DNA from: Candidatus Latescibacterota bacterium | GTDB lineage: Bacteria > Latescibacterota > UBA2968 > UBA8231 | Length of the DNA: 64,000 nt | Assembly: GCA_965223905.1 (NCBI GenBank) | Contig: CBDCXV010000011.1 | Location: 544,001 to 608,000, forward strand | Reading direction: 5' to 3' | Shown here: positions 1-9,245 of the stretch, one piece after another | Layout of the letters: each line of letters opens with the position of its first letter | Numbering within the stretch: the stretch's first letter is position 1 | The notes under the pieces: generated by a model | Databases searched by the model: none | Told to the model about the DNA's origin: nothing | The model's input: only the letters and a program-made list of their open reading frames with translations | Made by a program: the position numbers and the translations under genes

Positions 1-290
1 ACCGCAAGGCGCTGGCCCTGCAGGGGGACCGACCGTTGGTCCACAGCAACCTGGGCGATATCTATGCGACGCAAAGGCGCTTCGAGCAGGCCGCACGATC
101 GTACGAAACGGCGCTCGAAATGAACCCAGGCCTGACTCGGACCCGCGATCTTCTCGGGCGTGTGTATGCCGCTCAGGCACGGCTGGAAGAGGCGATTCGG
201 GAGTGGGAAATGGTGTTGCAGCAGGACCCCGACCATCCGTATGCTGGCAGTCTCCTGCGCCAGGCCCGCAAAAAACTCTCACAGAAGTGA
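1..290 (+). CDS. TPR-repeat protein, 3' part (5' end outside window)
   Basis: HSNLGDIYATQRRFEQAARSYETALEMNP / LLGRVYAAQARLEEAIREWEMVLQQDP are TPR repeats. Confidence 0.85.
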   Translation, partial: RKALALQGDRPLVHSNLGDIYATQRRFEQAARSYETALEMNPGLTRTRDLLGRVYAAQARLEEAIREWEMVLQQDPDHPYAGSLLRQARKKLSQK

Positions 291-318
291 TATGACCTTT
301 CACGCCTGGGATGGGCAC

Positions 319-1986
319 ATGAAATACTTCCGGATGGCCTGCTTGGGCGTCGCTTTCCTCTGTGGTGCATGCGGGGAGGCTGGCCCGCCACCCGCGGGTG
401 AAGCCGTCGTCGCCCGCGTCGGCCGTCAAGAGATCACCGAGGCGCATCTGCTCGCCTATGTAGAGCAGTTGCCTGACAATTTGCGCTCTGAGGAGACCGG
501 GGATGCGGCTCGTCGGCAGTATCTGCAGGCCCTGATAGACCGCCAGGTGCTGCTCATGGAGGCGCGGGACCTCGGTCTTGACACCACCCAGGCGACGCGC
601 CAGTCCGTCCAGGAAGCACTGGACAATCGCGTGCGCAGTCTGTTTCAGGCGCGGGAGATCCGTCCCCAGATCGAGATCACGGAAGACGAGATCCGCCGCC
701 ACTTCGATGAGGAGGGGTACGCGCGCGAACGCAACCTGCATGCGATCATGGTCAAGTCGCGCGCCGACATCGACACCGTCTTGGCGCAGCTGCAGACAGG
801 ACGCCCCTTCGCGGAGGTGGCCGCCGCCTATTCCCTGGACCAACGCTCGGCCAAACAAGGTGGCGAGGTTGGCTTCATCGGGCGCGACAAGGTGCAGACG
901 TACTACATCCCACCGGAGGTATTCCGCACGCTGCCCGCCGGCGAGATCTCTGCACCGATGCGGGCTGGCAGCGGCAACGCCTGGCATGTGATCCGTTTCG
1001 TCGAAGAGCGCCCCGCGGTCTACGAGAAGTACCACCCGGTCATCAACGCCCGGCTCTTCAGCGAGCGCCTGGCCCAATTGAGGGACGATCACGTTGAACG
1101 GCTCAAGGAATCGCTGCGGGTGCGCCTGGAGCCTGCGGGTGTGGAAGAAGTGGTCGCTGCCTATGGCCAGAAGAATCCCGATGCGCTCGCCGGGCGTCCC
1201 ACGCATCTGTATGTTTTCGACGGAGGGGCCATCACCGTCGGCGATGCCCGCGAGGCGTTGCAGAAGATTCCACCGCGCGGTTTGGACGACAACACGCAGG
1301 CCGTCCGCGTTTTGGAGCGAGCCGTCCTGCGCCCCGTCCTGCTCTCCGAGGCAGGGCGTCGTGCCGGGCTCTACGAGGAGCCGGAGATCCACCGGCTCGA
1401 AAAGGAAACACTCGAGAACATACTGCTCGAAACGCTCGGAGGAACCGTCTTTGCAGAGCAGGCAGACGTATCCGAAGAGGAAGTGCGGCAGTATTACGCC
1501 GACCATCGGGAGACCTTCCATCACGAAGAGGCCTTCGTGGTGGAAGAGTTGCTGGTGCCAACGGAGCTGGAGGCTGGGCAGTTGAAGGAGCAACTCGCCG
1601 GCGGCGCCACGTTCGCCGAACTGGCGGACCGCAGCCTCAGGCGCGGCGGACGCGAGAGCGAGGGACGGGGCCACTTTCACCCGCGCGAGAAATCCGCGTA
1701 CCCCACGATGGTACCGGCTGTCATGGCGGCCCCTATCGGGCAGCTCGTCGGGCCCCTGGAAGTGAAAGGGGGATATTCCGTGTTCACCTCCCATGGACTG
1801 CAAGAAGGTGAGGCCATGCCCTACGAAGACGCGCGCCGGTGGGCTCGTAACATGCTGCGGCGAGAGCGCGAGGAGCAAGCGCTGAATACCCTGCTACAGC
1901 GCCTGCGCTCGGAGTACGCGTCGCAGATCGAAATCGACGAATCCCGCCTGACCGAAGCCCTGCCCGACAGCCTGGTGCAGGGCTGA
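319..1986 (+). CDS. PpiC/SurA-type peptidyl-prolyl isomerase lipoprotein with two parvulin domains
   Basis: Lipobox-like FLCGAC; VVARVGRQEIT N-domain; FAEVAAAYSLDQRSAKQGGEVGF and second rotamase-like block; start 292 or 319. Confidence 0.85.
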   Translation: MKYFRMACLGVAFLCGACGEAGPPPAGEAVVARVGRQEITEAHLLAYVEQLPDNLRSEETGDAARRQYLQALIDRQVLLMEARDLGLDTTQATRQSVQEALDNRVRSLFQAREIRPQIEITEDEIRRHFDEEGYARERNLHAIMVKSRADIDTVLAQLQTGRPFAEVAAAYSLDQRSAKQGGEVGFIGRDKVQTYYIPPEVFRTLPAGEISAPMRAGSGNAWHVIRFVEERPAVYEKYHPVINARLFSERLAQLRDDHVERLKESLRVRLEPAGVEEVVAAYGQKNPDALAGRPTHLYVFDGGAITVGDAREALQKIPPRGLDDNTQAVRVLERAVLRPVLLSEAGRRAGLYEEPEIHRLEKETLENILLETLGGTVFAEQADVSEEEVRQYYADHRETFHHEEAFVVEELLVPTELEAGQLKEQLAGGATFAELADRSLRRGGRESEGRGHFHPREKSAYPTMVPAVMAAPIGQLVGPLEVKGGYSVFTSHGLQEGEAMPYEDARRWARNMLRREREEQALNTLLQRLRSEYASQIEIDESRLTEALPDSLVQG

Positions 1987-2051
1987 CCGATCATGGCACG
2001 ATCTCCCGCCTTCGCCAGTCGGTCAGGGCGGCCCGTCACGGAGCGATAACC

Positions 2052-4304
2052 ATGGGTCAATCTTTTGCGGCTGTTGTGAAGAGCACCGTCCCGATCGCAC
2101 TTGGCTTCTTCCTCGCCTCCTCCTGCGGCAGCGGCTCCGACCACGATCCGCAGGCGGCAGGCGGAGAAACGCCCACCCCCCCGCGCCCGGCGGGACACGA
2201 GCGCATTGTCGCACTGCTGGAAGACGTGGGCAGGCGAGCCCTGGACGAGCACCCCTTTTTCAGGGACAGGGAGGCGCGTGAGCTTCGAGCCAAGTGGGAA
2301 CGGCTTCCACAGGATGCGCCCCCGCGTCAGATCTGGGACTTGAGCGTGACCCTGGGCATGCGGGAGTTGTGGTTGGGCCGTGTGCAGGAAGCGATCGAAC
2401 ATCTGCGGCGAGGCTATGCTTTGTTGAGTGAAATCAATGTGAAGAAGTCCGAATCGGAGCGCACGATCTTTTATCTGGGCGTGGCCTATCTACGGCTGGG
2501 CGAGGTAGTAAACGGCTCCCTGCGCCCCAGCCCCCACAGCTGCATCATGCCGCTTCAGAACGGGGGATTGCACACCGACACCGAGGGTTCCCGTGCCGCC
2601 ATCGAGTATTTCAGTGAGCTCGTGAACCGGGACCCGAAAACCCGCCTGGCAGCGGTGGCTCGCTGGTTGCTGAATGTGGCCTACATGACCCTGGGCGAAT
2701 ACCCGCACAAAGTTCCGCCGGAGCACCTGATCCTGATCGAGGACATTCTCCAGCAGGAGAGAGGTTTTCCCCGGTTCGCGAACATCGCCACGCGGCTCGG
2801 CCTCGACATCTTCGATCTCGCCGGCGGCGCCATAGTCGATGACTTTGATAGCGATGGCGACCTCGACCTGGTCCTGTCGACGTGGGACACCAGCGGACCG
2901 ATGCACTACTTCCGCAACAACGGCGACGGGTCGTTCACCGACCGTACCCGGGATGCTGGCCTTACGGATCTCTACGGCGGGCTGAACATGAGGCACGCCG
3001 ACTATGACAACGACGGCGACCTGGATATTCTCGTGCTGCGCGGCGCTTGGGCGCTTGAATCTGGCCAGCATCCCAATTCTCTCCTGCGCAACCAAGGCAA
3101 CGGAACGTTCACGGACGTGACGTTCGAGGCGGGACTGGGCGATGCCCATTATCCGACGGCGACGGCCGATTGGGCCGACTACGATAACGACGGCGACATC
3201 GACCTCTACATCGGCAACGAGACCGCGGGTGGATTTCGGGCTCCCTGCCAGCTGTTTCGCAACGACGGCGATGGGTCCTTTACGGATGTAGCCGGCGAAG
3301 CCGGGGTCCAGAACTACGGATTCACGAAGGGTGTCACCTGGGGCGACTACGATGGCGACCGCTTCCCCGACCTCTACGTCTCCAATATGGGTCAACCCAA
3401 TCGGCTCTACCGCAACGACGGCGATGGGTCCTTCACAGACCGAGCGCCTGCGTTGGGCGTGACGGAACCGAAGAAAAGTTTTCCCGCTTGGTTCTGGGAT
3501 TTCGACAACGACGGTGCGTTGGACCTGTTCGTGTCGGGATGTCCTGACTTTGCCCAGGTAGCCGCCCACTACATGGGGCAGAAGATGGAAAGAGGTTTCC
3601 CGAGGCTGTACCGCGGCGACGGCAGGGGCGGTTTCGAGGATGTCACCGCCGAGCAGAGCCTGGCCTATCCGATGGTGACGATGGGATCCAACTTCGGCGA
3701 TCTGAACAACGATGGTTTCCTCGACTTCTATCTGGGCACGGGCACTTCGACCTATGAGAGCCAGATTCCCAATGTGATGTTCCTCAATCGACAGGGCCGA
3801 GGCTTCGAGGACATCACCATGGCCGGGGGGTTCGGACATCTGCAAAAGGGCCATTCCGTCGCGTTCGCCGACCTCGACCATGATGGCGACCTCGATGTCT
3901 ACCAGCAGATGGGTGGCGCTTTCCCAGGGGACAGGTTCAACAACGCCCTCTACGAGAATCCGGGATTCGGCAACCACTGGATAACGATCGAGCTGGCAGG
4001 CACCCGCTCCAACCGCGCCGCCGTCGGCGCCCGCATCCGGCTGCAGATCGAAGAGGGGGGGCGTTCACGTGCTATCTACCGCCACATCACCAACGGCAGC
4101 AGTTTCGGCAGCAACCCCTTCAGGCAGACGATCGGCCTGGGCCAGGCGGATGTTGTTCGTGAGCTCGAAGTCTACTGGCCCGCGTCGGACAGCCGACAGC
4201 TCTTCAGGAGCGTTGCCGCCGAGCGTGTTTATCGTATCACGGAAGGCGAGAACGAGTACGAAACCCTCGATCTGCCGAGGATGGTGCTGGGGGTCGGCCA
4301 GTAA
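2052..4304 (+). CDS. CRTAC1/ASPIC-UnbV family protein with FG-GAP repeats and TPR-like N-region, probable lipoprotein
   Basis: Repeated DYDNDGDLD, NNGDGSFTD motifs; C-terminal NRAAVGARI...GLG...EVYWP ASPIC/UnbV block. Confidence 0.9.
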   Translation: MGQSFAAVVKSTVPIALGFFLASSCGSGSDHDPQAAGGETPTPPRPAGHERIVALLEDVGRRALDEHPFFRDREARELRAKWERLPQDAPPRQIWDLSVTLGMRELWLGRVQEAIEHLRRGYALLSEINVKKSESERTIFYLGVAYLRLGEVVNGSLRPSPHSCIMPLQNGGLHTDTEGSRAAIEYFSELVNRDPKTRLAAVARWLLNVAYMTLGEYPHKVPPEHLILIEDILQQERGFPRFANIATRLGLDIFDLAGGAIVDDFDSDGDLDLVLSTWDTSGPMHYFRNNGDGSFTDRTRDAGLTDLYGGLNMRHADYDNDGDLDILVLRGAWALESGQHPNSLLRNQGNGTFTDVTFEAGLGDAHYPTATADWADYDNDGDIDLYIGNETAGGFRAPCQLFRNDGDGSFTDVAGEAGVQNYGFTKGVTWGDYDGDRFPDLYVSNMGQPNRLYRNDGDGSFTDRAPALGVTEPKKSFPAWFWDFDNDGALDLFVSGCPDFAQVAAHYMGQKMERGFPRLYRGDGRGGFEDVTAEQSLAYPMVTMGSNFGDLNNDGFLDFYLGTGTSTYESQIPNVMFLNRQGRGFEDITMAGGFGHLQKGHSVAFADLDHDGDLDVYQQMGGAFPGDRFNNALYENPGFGNHWITIELAGTRSNRAAVGARIRLQIEEGGRSRAIYRHITNGSSFGSNPFRQTIGLGQADVVRELEVYWPASDSRQLFRSVAAERVYRITEGENEYETLDLPRMVLGVGQ

Positions 4305-4466
4305 TCATACCAACCCAATTTCACCGCGTGAGTGGTAAGCTCGATCGGGTCGCTGATCGAGCAACCACCGGCAATGTGCGGCAAGCCGGTCGGCTTCGGG
4401 CCGCAGATGGCCGTCGAACGGAGTGACGACCGGAGACAGCACTCCGCGGCGTTCAACGTCAGTCAT
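4305..4466 (-). pseudogene. Dihydrodipicolinate synthase (DapA)-family N-terminal stub
   Basis: Hand translation: MTDVERRGVLSPVVTPFDGHLRPEADRLAAHCRWLLDQ, GAGGAG RBS upstream; homology ends about 4353. Confidence 0.7.
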
Positions 4467-4540
4467 TGACTCCTCATCGTTGGAAATATTGCATATTCTT
4501 CCGCCCGTTGCATGACCGCCACCCCTCTGTGAGAGGATCT

Positions 4541-4732
4541 ATGACACCGGAAGAGAGATTCATCTTTGATCTCGATGGTTACCTCGTTGTCAAGAACGCG
4601 TTGAGCCCAACCCAAGTCGAGGAGCTCAATGCGCTCGCCGACGAAAGATCGGAAGGTAACTTCAACGAGTGGGAAGAGTTCAGGGTTGACGACGTCTCAA
4701 AATGGGGAGCGCCCTGTCTCGCCCTCGTCGAC
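4541..4732 (+). pseudogene. Phytanoyl-CoA dioxygenase (PhyH)-family N-terminal stub
   Basis: MTPEERFIFDLDGYLVVKNALSPTQVEELN...WGAPCLALVD then abrupt loss; GAGAGGA RBS. Confidence 0.75.
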
Positions 4733-4944
4733 TTAGCTAAGTACAACCGCGTAGTCGATCGCCGCGCTCTCGAGGACCGCGGTGACCTTGTCGATGACAC
4801 CGGCTTGCCGCAGGCCCTTGTCGGTGACGATGAGAACGCGGACACCGGCCGGCAGCACCTCGGGCAGGCCATCGATCGATCCGGGACCGTGTATCAGCCG
4901 CGTGGGGCTGCGGAATTCGAGAACTTCCTGGAAGGCCAGGCCAT
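4733..4944 (-). pseudogene. Iron-containing alcohol dehydrogenase N-terminal stub
   Basis: Hand translation: FRSPTRLIHGPGSIDGLPEVLPAGVRVLIVTDKGLRQAGVIDKVTAVLESAAIDYAVV*; ATG at 4944 is 1 nt out of frame. Confidence 0.75.
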
Positions 4945-5092
4945 AGCCCTTTCTGTACGATGGGGTTAGGTGGGCAGAAACTCGGCCCGTGCCCCGGGGG
5001 GGGTCAATAAAAATGCCGGCGGGCGCCGGAAGACATCGCGACCCTCTCGAGACGCTGGCAAGCCACCTCCGGTAGATCCCGTAAGTGCGTTA

Positions 5093-5237
5093 CCGCCCGC
5101 GACCCGTCCGGAACCGGACGCCAGTTCCCCGTCTGGGCGTCGAACTCTTCCATGGCTCCCGTGCCGACTACCGTCGTCGTTGGTGTAGAGGCCGTAGTGG
5201 TCATACCTGATCAGGTCCGGCTTGACGATGTCGACGT
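5093..5237 (-). pseudogene. Internally deleted relic paralog of the 5319-7286 gene
   Basis: 5093-5175 matches 5375-5457 (6 mismatches in 83 nt); 5171-5237 matches 6013-6079. Confidence 0.85.
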
Positions 5238-5318
5238 GAGCCCTTCAGGGTCCAGCCTGCCAGCGGAATGCCGCTGACTTCCGGCATCTGGCTGCGGCGT
5301 CATGGATTGTGTGTGCAG

Positions 5319-7286
5319 TCAATGCCCGGCCTGTAGGCGTAGCAGTTTGCCGCCGCCGGCCACAAGGGTCACCTCCGCCCGCGACCCGTCCGAAACCGGA
5401 CGCCAGTCCCCCGTCTGGGCGTCGAACTCCTCCATGGCTCCCGGGCCCACAACCGTCCTCGTGATCTCCAGCCCGTGGTCCAGGTTCACGACCAGGACGT
5501 GTGTCGTTTCGCCGGTGGACCCGAAGAAGCCCCAGAGGAGGCCCTTTCTACTGGTCCCGATCGTGTAAGGGGGATCCACCGTAAACGCAGCGTCGGCCGG
5601 CAGTTCATCGACAAACCCGCCCGCTGGCTTTTGACCGGAGTGGTACACGGCGAGGGAAGTCAACGGCTGCAGCTGCTCGGCGACGGCGATGAACTCGGCG
5701 TGGTTTTGGCCCACGGCCTCGCCCAACGGAGTCAACGGCGCTGCCGCGTCGGCGGCGGCACGCTCCTCGGTCCACTCGATGTCTTCGAATTCAGATATGC
5801 CTCCGTGGAAGTCGCTGTAGGCCCAGTAGGTAAAATGCATGATGCCCTGACCGCCGTAAGCCAGCGTGGTGTAGCCCAGGTACCTGCTCTCGTCGCCGTT
5901 GGGCACGCGGTGGGTCTCGCTCAATGAAGCCGCCTGAATGACGTTGATGAAGGGAATGCCGCCGTAGAGTGCTGCCTCACGTACGAGGGCCAGGTTCGTG
6001 AAGTACTGATTGCCGTCGTTGTTCGTGCGGAGGTTGTAGTGGTCATAGCTGATCAGGTCCGGCTTGACGATATCCACGTACTGACGCAAGTGCTCCCGGT
6101 AGGCTTCGACGAGGCCTCCCGAAGTGCCCAGCGCCCCAGCGCTGGCGTAGGTGGGAAACAGATTGATGTGGGCAAGGTGGGCGGGATCGCGCTCGCGGAT
6201 GTACTCCACCAGCCTGGCGAACTCCGGAAATCTGACCGCACTGGGCTCGTCGACGATTCTGTAGGAGTACAGGGCGGGATGGTCCTTCACGGCGTCGATG
6301 ACCGCGTCCATCGTCGCCTTGCGTTCCGGGTCGTCCAGGTAGCTGGGCTCTCTCAGGGCGTAGTCGATCAGGTCTAAGCGTAATCCGTGCGCGTGGGCGA
6401 CGTCGAGATCTTCCACAGTGCTTCCCCAGGCCAGGGTGAAACCCCCGTCGACCAGCTTCTGGGCCATCCCGTGTGTCAATGGACCCCATCGACCCCCTCC
6501 ACCGCCGGGGCCGTGGTAGTAGCCGACGATGGGAGTACCTATCTGCCATTTGCGCTGTACTGTGAAATCGAGTACCGAGTCTTCGTGTAGCACGAGGCCG
6601 CGCTGTTCGAATGGCACAATTCCCGGTTCGGTAATGCTCACTCGATAGGTGGGCCGATTTTGCTGGACGACCACTTTGCCTGTAGCTGTACCTGCTGGAC
6701 CTGGTGCAGAAGGTCCTGCGGCCCCATCGCTGAGAACCATCTTCCTGGTTTCAGCAAAACCCCCTGAAGTGAGTTCGTAGAGGTACACCCCAGCGGCCGC
6801 CCCCTGGCCTGAGTCATCCAGGCCGTCCCAGGTGGTCGAATGGGACCCGGATTCCTGCCAGGCATCGACCAGAGTGCGCAGGCGCTGGCCCAGATTGTTG
6901 TAGATCTCAACCCTGGTGTATCCAGGATCCGGGAGACTGTAGGTAATGACGGTGGAGGAGTTGAACGGATTCGGATAATTCTGATGCAACTGGAAAGACG
7001 AGGGCGTCGTTTCATCCTCCTCTATCACTGTGGGAATGACGAGATCAATCCGGTATCCACCCTCGTCGTCCGTAACATCACTGTACGCCTCCAATGGATC
7101 GTCCTCGTTCGTGAAGGTGATCTCGGCCCCGGCAACGGGCTCGTTGCCGGCCGTTTCCACGGTGCCCGAGACGACGATCCCCCCCCACGCCGGTAAGCCG
7201 ACGAGCGAAACCAGGGCATACAGGGGCATGAGGACTGGGCGGCAAAATGGTTTGACCGAAAAGTCGTTGCAGATTGTCGTTCGCAT
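5319..7286 (-). CDS. Secreted protein: carboxypeptidase-regulatory-like domain with nested FlgD-Ig/T9SS-like domain, then putative glycoside-hydrolase-like barrel
   Basis: Signal peptide; VSGTV..PVAGAEI; FQLHQNYPNPFNSST..WDGLDDSG..AAGVYLY; HPALYSYRIVDEP, DLISYDHY; GH function is inferred. Confidence 0.75.
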   Translation of the reverse strand: MRTTICNDFSVKPFCRPVLMPLYALVSLVGLPAWGGIVVSGTVETAGNEPVAGAEITFTNEDDPLEAYSDVTDDEGGYRIDLVIPTVIEEDETTPSSFQLHQNYPNPFNSSTVITYSLPDPGYTRVEIYNNLGQRLRTLVDAWQESGSHSTTWDGLDDSGQGAAAGVYLYELTSGGFAETRKMVLSDGAAGPSAPGPAGTATGKVVVQQNRPTYRVSITEPGIVPFEQRGLVLHEDSVLDFTVQRKWQIGTPIVGYYHGPGGGGGRWGPLTHGMAQKLVDGGFTLAWGSTVEDLDVAHAHGLRLDLIDYALREPSYLDDPERKATMDAVIDAVKDHPALYSYRIVDEPSAVRFPEFARLVEYIRERDPAHLAHINLFPTYASAGALGTSGGLVEAYREHLRQYVDIVKPDLISYDHYNLRTNNDGNQYFTNLALVREAALYGGIPFINVIQAASLSETHRVPNGDESRYLGYTTLAYGGQGIMHFTYWAYSDFHGGISEFEDIEWTEERAAADAAAPLTPLGEAVGQNHAEFIAVAEQLQPLTSLAVYHSGQKPAGGFVDELPADAAFTVDPPYTIGTSRKGLLWGFFGSTGETTHVLVVNLDHGLEITRTVVGPGAMEEFDAQTGDWRPVSDGSRAEVTLVAGGGKLLRLQAGH

Positions 7287-7359
7287 GGATTCTCTCCACG
7301 ATTCTGCCGAAGAGGCAGCGGGAACTAATCTACACCAATCTGCGTTGATGCCCTACCAT

Positions 7360-7401
7360 GTTAGACGACAAAGAAACCTCGTTAGACGACAAAGAAACCT
7401 C
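7360..7401. repeat. Perfect 21-bp tandem duplication GTTAGACGACAAAGAAACCTC x2
   Basis: 7360-7380 identical to 7381-7401. Confidence 0.95.
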
Positions 7402-7469
7402 AGCATAATTTTCTGTAGAAACGAATAGCCAGGCTACTTCCAAAGAAAGGAGCCTTGTGCTCCGTGACC

Positions 7470-7720
7470 ATGAGAGCGGCCGACGAGTGGCCGCAGTGGC
7501 GGGGCCCCGCAGGCGACGGTGTGTGGCGTGAAACTGGAAGCACCCCTCATCCCCCCGAATGAAATGGTCATCTCGATCGCATCACCCGTCTCGATGGCGA
7601 CAGGCTCTTCGTCCCCGCGATCAGCTCAATCAGCGGGATGGCGTGGTGTGGTCGCACCCGGCCTTCGCCAGCAACGACGAGAAGCTGGTCTGCGCCAACC
7701 TGGGGGCCGGCTCACCGTAG
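7470..7720 (+). pseudogene. Collapsed PQQ-like (BamB-type) beta-propeller gene
   Basis: Three surviving blocks: ADEWPQWRGPAGDGVWRETG; MVISIASPV-DGDRLFV; GVVWSHPAFA-NDEKLVCANL*. Confidence 0.7.
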
Positions 7721-7764
7721 CATCGCTAGCCCTGCGCGACGCAACCATCAGAGGAGGCAATCGC

Positions 7765-7880
7765 ATGACACAGGCCATTCCAACCGCAGGGCTGGGTCGC
7801 ACCGGACTGAAGGTCACGCGGCTCGGCTTCGGCACCGCCATCAGCGGCAATCACGACGACGAGCGCTGGGACGAATTGCG
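7765..7880 (+). pseudogene. Aldo/keto reductase N-terminal stub
   Basis: GAGGAGG RBS; MTQAIPTAGLGRTGLKVTRLGFGT. Confidence 0.75.
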
Positions 7881-8079
7881 TCTCCAACCAGGTCGCTTCC
7901 GCCTCACATCGGTCAGCTGCCTCACCCAATATGCTGACTCCGCCTTCAGGCGATAGAGAGCGATCTCATACTGCTCCTTGAGGAGCGCTGGAGTTCCGTT
8001 CCGTGGATGCGCTGCACCGACTGAAGAAGTGAAACCCCTCACAGTAGTAGCGATGGATCTCTCCAGCACACCCGAACGT

Positions 8080-9245
8080 CCGAGCACCGACTGCCGCTCC
8101 ACGTCGAGAAAGAGATGCGCGCCTACCTCGAATGCGGCGTTCTGGCTTGCGGGTTCGTGCGGGCCCGTTGTGAGGACTGCGGGGCGAGCCGGGCGGTTGC
8201 CTTCTCCTGCAAGAAGCGGGGATTCTGCCCCTCCTGCAGCGGCCGCCGCATGGCCGATACGGCGGCGCGCCTGGTCGACGACGTGCTGCCCCGGGTGCCG
8301 GTGCGCCAGTGGGTGCTCAGCTTTCCGTACGAGATTCGCTACCGCCTCGCCTACGACGGCGAGTGGGTCTCGAGGGTACTGGGGGTATTTCTGCGCGTGG
8401 TGGGCCGCTGGTATCGACGCCAGGCGCAGGCCCTGGGCTATGACAGCGGGCGCTGCGGCTCGGTAACCTTCGTCCAGAGATTCGGTTCCTCCTTGAACCT
8501 CAATCCTCATCTGCACGTGCTCCTGCTCGACGGGGTTTATGTCGATGGGGACGAAGCTCGGGTTTTCGTAGCGGCCCCGCCGTTGTCCGACCCAGACGTG
8601 CAGCAGATCGTGCAGACGAGTGCGCGCCGCATCATCCGCCTGTGCACGAAAGGCGGCCTGCTCGACGCCACTCAAGCCGATCGGCTCGCCGACGAGGAGC
8701 CCGTGCTGGCCGCCCTGACGGCGGCCTCGGTGGGTGGGATCATCGCCACCGGGGCACGCGCAGGTCAGCGCTTGCGACGCGCCCTCAAAGATCCGGCCAC
8801 CGGGGTGCGTACGGCGCCCTTGTGCGTTGCTTCGCGCGGCTTTTCCCTGCATGCGGCAACGCGGATCGCGGGCCCTGACCGGCAGGGGCTCGAACGCTTG
8901 TGCCGCTATGTGGCCCGGCCGGCCCTGGCCTCGGGGCGCCTGCGCATCCTCGATTCGCAGCGGCTTTCCTTCGCGCTCAAAACGCCGTGGTCGGATGGCA
9001 CCAGCCATCTCCTGCTCTCGCCGATGGAACTGCTTGAGAAGCTGGCGGCTCTGGTCCCCCCGCCCCGGTTTCATCTCCTGCGTTACCACGGGGTCCTGGC
9101 CCCCCGGGCCCGGGACCGCGGCCGCATCGTGCCCGCCAAACCAGGTGAGGAGTCGACGGCGGCGGACCGCGATTCGAGCGCTCCGCCCTGCGCCCATCGC
9201 CTGGGCTGGGCGGCCCTGCTCGCCCGCGTGTTTTCTGCCGACCTC
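8080..9245 (+). mobile_element. IS91/ISCR-like rolling-circle (HUH) transposase, truncated at both ends
   Basis: YLECG..GFVRARCEDC..FSCKKRGFCPSC Zn domain; LPRVPVRQWVLSFP; LNLNPHLH (HUH); GFSLHA; LERLCRYVARP; HLLRYHGVLAP. Confidence 0.9.

Noticed and set aside
2900-3450. Recurring CGCAAC(A/G)ACGGCGA direct repeats
   Set aside because: Explained by the FG-GAP protein repeats.
4324-4449. Apparent multi-stem ncRNA (CCGCGTGAGTG pairing with CACTCCGCGG)
   Set aside because: The minus strand encodes a DapA-family N-terminus with RBS; such pairing is expected in GC-rich DNA.
4466-4969. 167-aa ORF as a real gene
   Set aside because: It is a PhyH stub reading through into the antisense strand of the Fe-ADH stub.
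5093-5457. DGR template/variable repeat pair
   Set aside because: Only 4 of 6 mismatches are template adenines, the second block shows no A bias, the copy is internally deleted, and there is no reverse transcriptase in the window.
7360-7401. CRISPR array
   Set aside because: Two abutting copies with no spacer and no cas genes.
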